64,000 nt of DNA. Source: Acidimicrobiales bacterium (GTDB lineage: Bacteria > Actinomycetota > Acidimicrobiia > Acidimicrobiales > Iamiaceae). The notes below the pieces were generated by a model. The model did not search any database. It saw only the letters and a list, made by a program, of their open reading frames with translations, and was not told the DNA's origin. The stretch covers positions 170,814 through 234,813 of the forward strand of contig JAUJNP010000005.1 of the NCBI GenBank assembly GCA_030448105.1. Reading direction: 5' to 3'. Below, piece by piece: positions 1 to 7,512 of the stretch. The position numbers and the translations under genes are program-made. Position 1 is the first letter of the stretch; every line of letters begins with the position of its first letter.

Positions 1-144
1 ACGCACTACCAGCGCCTCCTCGAGGAGCTCGACCCCGACCACGTGCACCTGCTGGTCGACGGCCGCATCGTGGAATCGGGGGGACCCGAGCTGGCGCACC
101 GCCTGGAGGACGAGGGCTACGGCGCCTGGCAGCGCCCGGCATGA
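1..144 (+). CDS. sufC: SufC-type Fe-S assembly ATPase, C-terminal fragment (5' end outside window)
   Basis: Frame 1 reads [47 protein letters not shown]-stop, colinear with the C-terminus of the complete SufC at 2999..3793; TGA 142-144 overlaps the sufS ATG (ATGA). Confidence 0.75.
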   Translation, partial: THYQRLLEELDPDHVHLLVDGRIVESGGPELAHRLEDEGYGAWQRPA

Positions 145-1418
145 GCGAGCCCGCGGGGCGAGCGACCCGGCAGCACGGCGAGATCACCCCGCTCGACGTC
201 GCCGCCATCCGCAAGGACTTCCCTATCCTCTCCCAGCGGGTGGGAGACCACCGGCTCGTGTACCTCGACTCGGCATCGTCGTCGCAGAAGCCGACGGTCG
301 TGCTCGACGCCATGTCCGACTACTACGAGACCACCCACGCCAACGTGCACCGCGGGGTGTACGGCATCGCCGCCGAGGCCACCGAGCGCTTCGAGGCGGC
401 CCGGGAGAAGGTGGCCCGCTTCATCGGGGCGCCGTCGTCGCGGGGCGTGGTGTTCACCAAGAACGTCACCGAGGCCATCAACCTGGTGGCCTACTCGTGG
501 GGCCGGGCCAACCTCGGCCAAGGCGACGCCATCCTCCTCACCGAGCTCGAGCACCACGCCAACCTCGTCCCGTGGCTGATGCTGGCCGAGGAGCGGGGGG
601 TGGAGCTGCGCTACCTGCCCCTCGCCGAAGACCACACCCTCGACCTGTCCCGCCTCGACGAGCTGATAGACGGGGTGAGGCTGGTGAGCGTGTCGGCCAT
701 GTCCAACGTGCTCGGCACCCTCACCCCCGTGCGGCGCCTGGCCGACGCCGCCCACGCCGCCGGCGCCCTGTGCCTGGTCGACGGCGCCCAGTACGCCCCC
801 CACCTGCGCACCGACGTCGTCGAGCTGGGCTGTGACTTCTTCGGGTTCACCGGCCACAAGGCGCTCGGGCCCACCGGCATCGGGGTGCTGTGGGCCCGGC
901 CCGAGCTGCTCGAGGCCATGCCCGCCTTCCTGGGCGGCGGCGAGATGATCCGCGACGTCCGTCTCGACGGCTGGACGCCCAATGAGGTCCCCTGGAAGTT
1001 CGAGGCGGGCACGCCGCCCATCGCCGAGGTCATCGGGCTGGGGGCGGCCGTCGACTACCTCGAGGGGCTGGGGATGGAGGCGGTGCGAGAGCACGAGGTC
1101 TCCCTCACCGGCTACGCCCTGCGCACCCTCACCGAGCGCTTCGGCGACGACCTCACCATCCACGGCCCTCCCGAACCCGCCCAGCGGGGCGGGGTGCTGT
1201 CGTTCGCCTTCCAGGACGTGCACCCCCACGACGTATCCCAGGTGCTCGACCAGCAGGGCGTGTGCGTGCGGGCCGGCCACCACTGCGCCAAGCCCCTCAT
1301 GCGCCGGCTGGGCGTCGGCGCCACCGCCCGAGCCTCGCTCTACGTCTACAACGACACCGACGACGTCGATGCGCTGGCCGAGGCCCTGGGCGATGCATCA
1401 GACTTCTTCGCCTTCTGA
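141..1418 (+). CDS. sufS: cysteine desulfurase SufS
   Basis: 425-aa ORF; PLP-lysine context [11 protein letters not shown] and catalytic Cys loop RAGHHCAKP; lies between sufC and sufU. Confidence 0.95.
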   Translation: MSEPAGRATRQHGEITPLDVAAIRKDFPILSQRVGDHRLVYLDSASSSQKPTVVLDAMSDYYETTHANVHRGVYGIAAEATERFEAAREKVARFIGAPSSRGVVFTKNVTEAINLVAYSWGRANLGQGDAILLTELEHHANLVPWLMLAEERGVELRYLPLAEDHTLDLSRLDELIDGVRLVSVSAMSNVLGTLTPVRRLADAAHAAGALCLVDGAQYAPHLRTDVVELGCDFFGFTGHKALGPTGIGVLWARPELLEAMPAFLGGGEMIRDVRLDGWTPNEVPWKFEAGTPPIAEVIGLGAAVDYLEGLGMEAVREHEVSLTGYALRTLTERFGDDLTIHGPPEPAQRGGVLSFAFQDVHPHDVSQVLDQQGVCVRAGHHCAKPLMRRLGVGATARASLYVYNDTDDVDALAEALGDASDFFAF

Positions 1419-1435
1419 ACCGACTGCGAGACGAC

Positions 1436-1924
1436 ATGCCCGGCCTCGAAGACCTCTACCGAGAGATCATCCTCGACCACTACCGCAACCCCCGGAACCG
1501 GGGGGAGCTCGATGCCCCCCCCGCCCACCGGGTGGAGGGCTTCAACCCGCTCTGTGGCGACGAGATCGTGGTGTTCCTCGACGTGGACGACGGGGGCCGG
1601 ATCGACGAGATCCGCATCGCCGGCCAGGGGTGCTCCATCAGCCAGTCGTCGGCGTCGATGATGTCCTCGGCGGTGAAGGGCAAGACCATCGGCGAGGCCC
1701 GGGCCGTCACCCGGGCGTTCAAGTCGATGATGTCGATCCACGAGTCGGAGCTCGACGGCGAGGCCACCGACGGCGAGCTGCCCGCCTCTCCATCCGACGA
1801 CGTGAAGCTGGGCGACCTCGAGGCGCTGCGAGGCGTGGTGAAGTTCCCCGTCCGCATCAAGTGCGCCACCCTCGGCTGGAACACCCTCACCCAGGGCCTC
1901 GACGAGGTGGCCACCGGCGCCTGA
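1436..1924 (+). CDS. sufU: SufU/IscU-type sulfur acceptor scaffold
   Basis: Within ORF 1262..1924 the recognisable protein starts at ATG 1436 (MPGLEDLYREIILDHYRNPRN); Cys contexts NPLCGDE, GQGCSISQSS, IKCATLGW. Confidence 0.9.
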   Translation: MPGLEDLYREIILDHYRNPRNRGELDAPPAHRVEGFNPLCGDEIVVFLDVDDGGRIDEIRIAGQGCSISQSSASMMSSAVKGKTIGEARAVTRAFKSMMSIHESELDGEATDGELPASPSDDVKLGDLEALRGVVKFPVRIKCATLGWNTLTQGLDEVATGA

Positions 1925-1946
1925 CGGGCAACCGCTGAGCGGGGGG

Positions 1947-2750
1947 CTACAGCCCGACGAGGAACACGAGGGCCCGCAGCAGCTCGAAGCAGTCGCGGCA
2001 GTCGATGGCCAGGGTGCGGGCGTCGAGGGCCTCGGCGCCCGGGTAGAAGGCCCGCACGTACGCCGCCGCCACGTCGCGGTAGGTGACCTCGAGGTGCCAC
2101 TCGGCGGGAAGGTCGGGCACGGCCGGCGGTCTCACCCCGAGGGCCGCTTCCGCACCGGCCCGGATGGCCGCTACGGCGTCGGCCGGGTGCAGGCTGGTGG
2201 TGGAGGCCCCTGCCCCCGACTTGACCGCCACCGCCACCGTGGCGGGCCACCGCTTCTCGGCCTCGGCGCAGATGGCCTCGTCGCCGGTTACGAGCACCAC
2301 CGGCACCCCCACCGACGCGGCCGCCCAGGTGTGGATGGCCAGCTCCGACAGAGGCTCACCATTGAGGGTGACGGCGTGCAGCTTGCGGGAGGACAACGTG
2401 TGCGAGAGCGGGTTGCCGCCGTCGCCGGCGCCCGCGTGGTAGCCGACGAACAGGGCGGCCTGGAAGGTGGCGTCGAGTCCCTGCACCATGGCGAAGGGGT
2501 GGCCGTTGTACCCCCGTACGAGGCGCGCCGGTGCCGGTAGGGCAGCGGCGCTGAGGTTGCGGCCGTCGCCGTGGGCGTCCTTCACGACGATGTCGGTGGC
2601 CCCGGCGGCCAGGGCACCCTGGCAGGCGGCGGCCACCTCGGCGTCCATCTGGGCCTGGAACTGGCGGTACTCGGGCGATCCCTTGGTGCAGTCGTCCCGG
2701 GAGGTGGCGCCGGCCACGCCCTCGATGTCGGCGCTGACGAAGACCTTCAC
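1947..2750 (-). CDS. peptidase M55 family D-aminopeptidase (DppA-like)
   Basis: ORF 1947..2846; the family-like part begins at GTG 2750 ([14 protein letters not shown]), which overlaps the upstream stop (GTGA). The N-terminal 32 codons of the track ORF are R/P-rich and overlap the upstream gene. Confidence 0.8.
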   Translation of the reverse strand: MKVFVSADIEGVAGATSRDDCTKGSPEYRQFQAQMDAEVAAACQGALAAGATDIVVKDAHGDGRNLSAAALPAPARLVRGYNGHPFAMVQGLDATFQAALFVGYHAGAGDGGNPLSHTLSSRKLHAVTLNGEPLSELAIHTWAAASVGVPVVLVTGDEAICAEAEKRWPATVAVAVKSGAGASTTSLHPADAVAAIRAGAEAALGVRPPAVPDLPAEWHLEVTYRDVAAAYVRAFYPGAEALDARTLAIDCRDCFELLRALVFLVGL

Positions 2751-2989
2751 CCGAGCAGCTCGTCGATGGCGCGGGCCAGCTCGAGGTCGCGGGCGGTGAT
2801 GCCGCCGGCGCCGTGGCTCACCAGGTCGATGGTCACGGTGTTCCACGAGTTCGACCAGTCGGGGTGGTGGTCGGCCTTCTCGGCCAGCAGGGCGACGCGG
2901 GTCATGAACGCGAACGCCTCGGAGAAGTCGGTGAAGGTGAGCTCGCGGTGGAGCTTGCCGTCGACCTCGGACCAGTCCGCCTTGCTCAC
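2747..2989 (-). CDS. 4a-hydroxytetrahydrobiopterin (pterin-4a-carbinolamine) dehydratase
   Basis: 80-aa ORF, ...[31 protein letters not shown]..., the typical PCD core with the HHP motif. Confidence 0.9.
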   Translation of the reverse strand: MSKADWSEVDGKLHRELTFTDFSEAFAFMTRVALLAEKADHHPDWSNSWNTVTIDLVSHGAGGITARDLELARAIDELLG

Positions 2990-2998
2990 GATCCCTGT

Positions 2999-3793
2999 CT
3001 AGCCGAGGGGGTCGGCGAAGGGATCAGGCTCGGCCGGTGCCGGCGGAGCGGCCTCGGCATCCTCGTCGCCGAGGAAGGCGGCGTAGCCCTCGCGCTCGAC
3101 CACGTCGGCCAGCTCGGGACCACCGGATTGGCGGATCTCGCCCCGGACCAGGATGTGGACCACGTCGGGGCGAAGCTCGGTGAGCAGGCGCCGGTAGTGG
3201 GTGATGGCCAGCACCCCGAGCCCCGTCTCCTCGGTGGCCTGCTCGATCCGGCGGGAGCAGGCCCGGAGGGCGTCGACGTCGAGGCCGGAGTCGAGCTCGT
3301 CGAGGACGGCGATGCGGGGCTCGAGCACGCCGAGCTGGAGGGTCTCGTTGCGCTTCTTCTCCCCGCCGGACAGGTCGACGTTGAGGGGCCGGGTGAGGAA
3401 GCGGGCGTCGAAGCCGATGCGCTCCGCCTCCCCGACCATCCGGGCCCGGACCTCGTCGGGGTCGCGGCCGGCGGCGGTGAAGGAGGCCACGAGCATGTCG
3501 TCGAGGGAGACCCCCGGCACCTCCGTGGGGTACTGCATGGCGAGGAACAACCCGGCCTGGGCCCGCTGCCAGGGCTCCATGGTGAGCACGTCGGCCCCGT
3601 CGAGGGTCACCGCACCGCCCAGCACCTCGTAGCCCGGACGGCCCATCACGACGTGGGACAAGGTCGACTTGCCCGACCCGTTGGGGCCCATAACCGCGTG
3701 CACCTCGCCGCTGCGCACCACCAGATCGATCCCCCGCAGGATCTCCCGGCCCAGCACCCCCGCCCGCAGGCCCTCGATGCGGAGCTCGGTCAT
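2999..3793 (-). CDS. sufC: Fe-S cluster assembly ATPase SufC
   Basis: ORF 2999..3916; real start at ATG 3793 (MTELRIEGL). Walker A GPNGSGKST, signature LSGGEKKRNE, Walker B AVLDELDSGLD. Confidence 0.95.
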   Translation of the reverse strand: MTELRIEGLRAGVLGREILRGIDLVVRSGEVHAVMGPNGSGKSTLSHVVMGRPGYEVLGGAVTLDGADVLTMEPWQRAQAGLFLAMQYPTEVPGVSLDDMLVASFTAAGRDPDEVRARMVGEAERIGFDARFLTRPLNVDLSGGEKKRNETLQLGVLEPRIAVLDELDSGLDVDALRACSRRIEQATEETGLGVLAITHYRRLLTELRPDVVHILVRGEIRQSGGPELADVVEREGYAAFLGDEDAEAAPPAPAEPDPFADPLG

Positions 3794-4110
3794 GGCAACC
3801 TCACCCACAGCTCCTTGCCGTCGTGGTCGATCTCGAACACCGGCACCGGCCGGGTGGCGGGCAACGACGTGGGGACGCCCGTCACGAGCGAGAACGTCGA
3901 CCCGTGCTTCCAGCACTCCAGCTCGCGCTCGCCGGGGTGGACCTCACCCTCGCTGAGGGAGATGTTCTGGTGCGTGCAGGTGTCGCCGATGGCGTAGAAG
4001 TCGTCGTCGATGCGGACCACGGCGATGGGGTGGCCGTCGACCACGAACCGCCGGGCCTCGCCCGCGGGCACGTCGGCCACCGCGCACAGCCGTTCCCTGC
4101 GGGGGCTCAA
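3790..4110 (-). CDS. Rieske [2Fe-2S] ferredoxin-like protein
   Basis: 106 aa with CTH...CWKHG Rieske ligand boxes; TTG start overlaps the sufD stop (TTGA); lies between sufD and sufC as in many actinobacterial suf operons. Confidence 0.9.
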   Translation of the reverse strand: MSPRRERLCAVADVPAGEARRFVVDGHPIAVVRIDDDFYAIGDTCTHQNISLSEGEVHPGERELECWKHGSTFSLVTGVPTSLPATRPVPVFEIDHDGKELWVRLP

Positions 4111-5378
4111 CCGTCCTCCTGCTCGCGCCGGTCGAGCTTGCCGGCGATGCGGGCCCGCAGGGGGTCGAGCACGGCGGGCACGGGGATGCGGGCGAGGACC
4201 TCGTCGAAGAACCCGGCCACCACCAGCCGCTCGGCCACCCGGGGCGGCACCCCCCGGCTCTCGAGGTAGAAGCGCTGCTCGTCGTCGACCGGGCCCACGG
4301 CCGACGCGTGGCTGCAGTGCACGTCGTTGTTCTCGATCTCCAGGTTGGGGACCGACTCGGCCCAGGCGTGGTCGGAGAGCTTGATGTTGCGGTTGGTCTG
4401 GAAGGCGTTGGTGCCCCGGGCTTCCTTCCGGACCCGGATCAGGCCGGTGTACACCGAGCGGGAGTGACCGCCTACCGCCCCCTTGAACAGCAGGTTGGAG
4501 GTGGTGTCGGGCGCCCGGTGGTCCTGGAAGGTGCGGAAGTCGAGGGTCTGGGCGCCCTCGCCGAAGTAGGCGGCCAGCAGGTCGCCGGTGGCCCCCCGCC
4601 CGGTGAGGCGGCAGTCCGTGCGGAGCCGGGCGTAGTCGCCTCCGAGGGCGGTCGACGCCGCCAGGAAGGTGGCCTCCTGGCCCACCTGGCTGACCTGGTT
4701 GGCGATCTGCCAGACCCGCGGCCCGAGCTCCTGCACCGCTACGTAGGACACGCGGGCGGCCCGACCCACGTCGATCTCCACCACCGGCGCCACCAGGGCG
4801 ACGATGTCGGGCGACGCGTAGCGCTCCAGCACCGTGAACGCGCTGCCCTCACCGGCCTGGATGATGACCCGGGGGAACACGGCGTGGCCGTCGGCGGTGA
4901 CGCGCTGGGTGATCACGATGGGCCGAGCGACGGTGAGACCGGGCCGTACCCGGACCACCAGTGCGGGCGGGGAGAAGGCGGTGTTGAGCTCGGCGAAGGC
5001 GTCGGGACCCTCGTCGACCACCGAGCCGAGGGTGTCCTCGCCGCCCGCGACCTGGTCGACCGGCCCGATCTCCAGCCCGGGGTCGAGCGACGAGCTGCCG
5101 TCGGGGTCGGGCACCATCCGGCCGTCGACCACCAGCACGCTGATCGCCCCCGGCACCAGGCCCTCGGCGTCGACCTGGGCGATCGGAGCCACCGCGTCAG
5201 CTCGGGCGGGCGAGAACGCATCGAGGTCGAGCTCGTCGACGCGGCTGTAGCGCCACACCTCCTCCTCGCTGCTGGGCAGGCCCGCCTCGGCGTACCGCCC
5301 GGCGGCGGCCGCCCGCCGCGAGCGGAGCCAGTCCGGCCCGTCGAGGGCGGCGGCGGCGTCAGCGGTGAAGGAGCTCAG
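4107..5378 (-). CDS. sufD: Fe-S cluster assembly protein SufD (probable CTG start; track ORF starts at GTG 5258)
   Basis: 383-aa track ORF is SufD-like (…NLEIENNDVHCSHASAVGPVDDEQRFYLESRGV…). The in-frame sequence upstream of 5258 (SSFTADAAAALDGPDWLRSRRAAAAGRYAEAGLPSSEEE) is the usual SufD N-terminus. It contains no ATG/GTG/TTG; CTG 5378-5376 lies 6 nt after GAGAGG. Confidence 0.9.
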   Translation of the reverse strand: MSSFTADAAAALDGPDWLRSRRAAAAGRYAEAGLPSSEEEVWRYSRVDELDLDAFSPARADAVAPIAQVDAEGLVPGAISVLVVDGRMVPDPDGSSSLDPGLEIGPVDQVAGGEDTLGSVVDEGPDAFAELNTAFSPPALVVRVRPGLTVARPIVITQRVTADGHAVFPRVIIQAGEGSAFTVLERYASPDIVALVAPVVEIDVGRAARVSYVAVQELGPRVWQIANQVSQVGQEATFLAASTALGGDYARLRTDCRLTGRGATGDLLAAYFGEGAQTLDFRTFQDHRAPDTTSNLLFKGAVGGHSRSVYTGLIRVRKEARGTNAFQTNRNIKLSDHAWAESVPNLEIENNDVHCSHASAVGPVDDEQRFYLESRGVPPRVAERLVVAGFFDEVLARIPVPAVLDPLRARIAGKLDRREQEDG

Positions 5379-5505
5379 CGGAGACCTCTCGGGGGAGCGG
5401 GCGAGCCGCCAGGTGCGCTGCGCGACCCGCGGAGCCTACCGGGAGGAGGAAGCCCGCCGGCTGGGCCGGGCTCCGTGCCGGGGGGCTCCCCGGTTGGACC
5501 AGCAC

Positions 5506-5871
5506 TCAGTGGCGGCGGCGGCGGCGGAAGATCCGCTTCCAGCGATCTCCCCGGGGGCCGGCGGCCTGCTCGGCCCGGACCTCGGCCAGCACGGTGGGAC
5601 CGGCGGCGTTGACGATGTCCTCGGCCTCGTCGAGCAGGGCGGCGATGTCGTCGGGGCGCTCGTCGAGGCCCGGCGGCTCCGGCGGGGTCTCGGGAGTGAC
5701 CAGGGAGCCGTGCGCCCAGTTCACGTCAGCCAGGCGAGGTTGGAACGCCTGGCAGTCCGCCGGGCAGCGCCACGGCGCCTCCGGAGCGAGGTCCAGGTCG
5801 CACTTGCGCACCGTCTCGCCGTTTCGGTACGTGCGGGACTCGAAGAACTTGCAGTCCTGGCGCATCGGCAT
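5506..5871 (-). CDS. hypothetical 4-Cys small protein inside the suf operon
   Basis: 121-aa ORF with strong GC3 bias; Cys pattern C7-x16-C24-x11-C36-x3-C40 (DCKFF...RKCDL...WRCPADCQ); acidic middle and an RRRRRH tail. No family recognised. Confidence 0.6.
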   Translation of the reverse strand: MPMRQDCKFFESRTYRNGETVRKCDLDLAPEAPWRCPADCQAFQPRLADVNWAHGSLVTPETPPEPPGLDERPDDIAALLDEAEDIVNAAGPTVLAEVRAEQAAGPRGDRWKRIFRRRRRH

Positions 5872-5874
5872 GGC

Positions 5875-6035
5875 TCAGCCGACACTGCCTTCCACGTCCT
5901 CCGACCCCACCCGCCACCCTGAGGGGGTCGGCTGAGCTTCGCTCATCCGACACTGCCTTCCACGTCCTCCGACCCCACCCACCACCCTGAGGGGGTCGGC
6001 TGACCCCATCGGGGTCATCCGACGCTGCCTTCCAT
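5875..6035. repeat. tandem 61-nt palindromic units (2 copies) plus the sufB 3' end as a third partial copy
   Basis: Copy A 5875-5935 and copy B 5943-6003 differ at 2 of 61 nt. Each starts with tca(g/t)ccgacactgccttcca, a near copy of the sufB terminal codons plus stop at 6015-6034. Terminal inverted repeat TCAGCCGAC/GTCGGCTGA; inner stem CCGACCCC/GGGGTCGG. Confidence 0.9.
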
Positions 6036-7412
6036 CTGGAGCTCGATGAGGCGGCTCCACTCCACGGCGTACTCCATGGGCAGGGTGCGGGTGACGGGCT
6101 CGATGAACCCGTTGACCACCATGCCCATGGCCTGCTCCTCGGAGAGGCCGCGGCTCATCAGGTAGAAGAGCTGCTCGTCGGCCACCTTCGACACGGTGGC
6201 CTCGTGGCCCACGACGGCGTCGCGTGCCCCCACCTCCATGTACGGGAAGGTGTCGCTCACCGAGTCCTCGTCGAGGATCAGGGCGTCGCACTGCACGTGG
6301 CTCTTGCAGCCGTAGGCGTCGTCCTCCACCCGCACCAGGCCGCGGTAGCTGGTGCGGCCGCCGTCCTTGGAGATGGACTTGGACACGATCTTGGACGTGG
6401 TCTCGGGGGCGGCGTGGACCATCTTGGCCCCGGCGTCCTGGTGCTGGCCGCCGCCGGCGTAGGCCACCGACAGCACCTCGCCCGAGGCCTTGGGGCCGAC
6501 CATGTAGACGGCTGGATACTTCATAGTCAGGCGGGAGCCTATGTTCCCGTCGATCCATTCCATGTGGCCCTCGGCCTCCACCCGGGCCCGCTTGGTGACC
6601 AGGTTGAAGACGTTGTTCGACCAGTTCTGGATGGTGGTGTAGGTGACCCGGGCACTGGGCTTCACCGCGATCTCGACCACCGCCGAGTGCAGGGAATCCG
6701 ACGTGTAGACCGGCGCCGAGCAGCCTTCGATGTAGTGCACCTGGGAGCCCTCGTCGGCGATGATGAGGGTGCGCTCGAACTGGCCCATGTTCTCGGCGTT
6801 GATCCGGAAGTAGGCCTGTAGCGGCATCTCCACGTTCACGCCGGGGGGCACGTAGATGAAGCTGCCGCCTGACCACACCGCGGTGTTTAGGGCGGCGAAC
6901 TTGTTGTCGTTCTTCGGGATGATCGTGCCGAAGTACTGCTTCACCAGCTCGGGATGCTCCCGCAGCGCCGTGTCCATATCGGTGAAGATCACCCCTTGAC
7001 GCTCCAGGTCATCCCTATTGCGGTGGTATACCACTTCCGATTCGTACTGGGCTGTGACACCGGCCAGATACTTGCGTTCGGCTTCGGGGATGCCGAGCTT
7101 CTCGTAAGTGTCCTTCACCGAATCCGGCAGCTCGTCCCACGCGTCGACCTGCTTGTCGGTGGGCTTGATGTAATAGAAGATGTCGTCGAAGAAGATCTCC
7201 GACATGTCGCCGCCCCAGTTGGGCATGGGGCGCCGCTCGAAGTGCTGGAACGCCTTGAGCCGGCTCTGGAGCATCCAGTCGGGCTCGCCCTTCATCCACG
7301 ACATCTCGTTGAGGATGTCGGTGTCGAGGCCACGCTTCGGCTTGAAGACGTAGTCCTCGGCGTCGGACCAGCCCAGCTTGTACCGGCCGAGGTCGAGATC
7401 CTGGACTGCCAT
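6015..7412 (-). CDS. sufB: Fe-S cluster assembly protein SufB
   Basis: 465-aa ORF, typical SufB throughout (…[55 protein letters not shown]…[13 protein letters not shown]…). Confidence 0.97.
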   Translation of the reverse strand: MAVQDLDLGRYKLGWSDAEDYVFKPKRGLDTDILNEMSWMKGEPDWMLQSRLKAFQHFERRPMPNWGGDMSEIFFDDIFYYIKPTDKQVDAWDELPDSVKDTYEKLGIPEAERKYLAGVTAQYESEVVYHRNRDDLERQGVIFTDMDTALREHPELVKQYFGTIIPKNDNKFAALNTAVWSGGSFIYVPPGVNVEMPLQAYFRINAENMGQFERTLIIADEGSQVHYIEGCSAPVYTSDSLHSAVVEIAVKPSARVTYTTIQNWSNNVFNLVTKRARVEAEGHMEWIDGNIGSRLTMKYPAVYMVGPKASGEVLSVAYAGGGQHQDAGAKMVHAAPETTSKIVSKSISKDGGRTSYRGLVRVEDDAYGCKSHVQCDALILDEDSVSDTFPYMEVGARDAVVGHEATVSKVADEQLFYLMSRGLSEEQAMGMVVNGFIEPVTRTLPMEYAVEWSRLIELQMEGSVG

Positions 7413-7434
7413 GGGCGTTCCTTCGATGGACGGC

Positions 7435-7462
7435 GGAGATTTCTCCTACGCCGATAGTAACA
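7435..7462 (-). promoter_or_regulatory. candidate sufB promoter -10 (TGT-TACTAT) and 5'-UTR inverted repeat
   Basis: The minus strand reads TTGTTACTAT (7463-7454) about 41 nt upstream of the sufB ATG, followed by the inverted repeat GGAGA-AA-TCTCC (7446-7435) and the SD GAAGGAA. Pattern only; no sufR gene is present in the window. Confidence 0.3.
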
Positions 7463-7512
7463 ACCCCCCGCACCGGTCCCACGGCCCGAGCGGTCAGAAC
7501 CGGCCAGTGCCG

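Noticed and set aside
5726-6876. ORFs 5875..6876 and 5726..5953 ending in ...VEGSVG or containing ...GGVGGRGRQCR...
   Set aside because: These are out-of-frame readings through sufB that terminate at the vestigial stop codons of the repeat units. They are explained by the tandem repeat, not by coding sequence.
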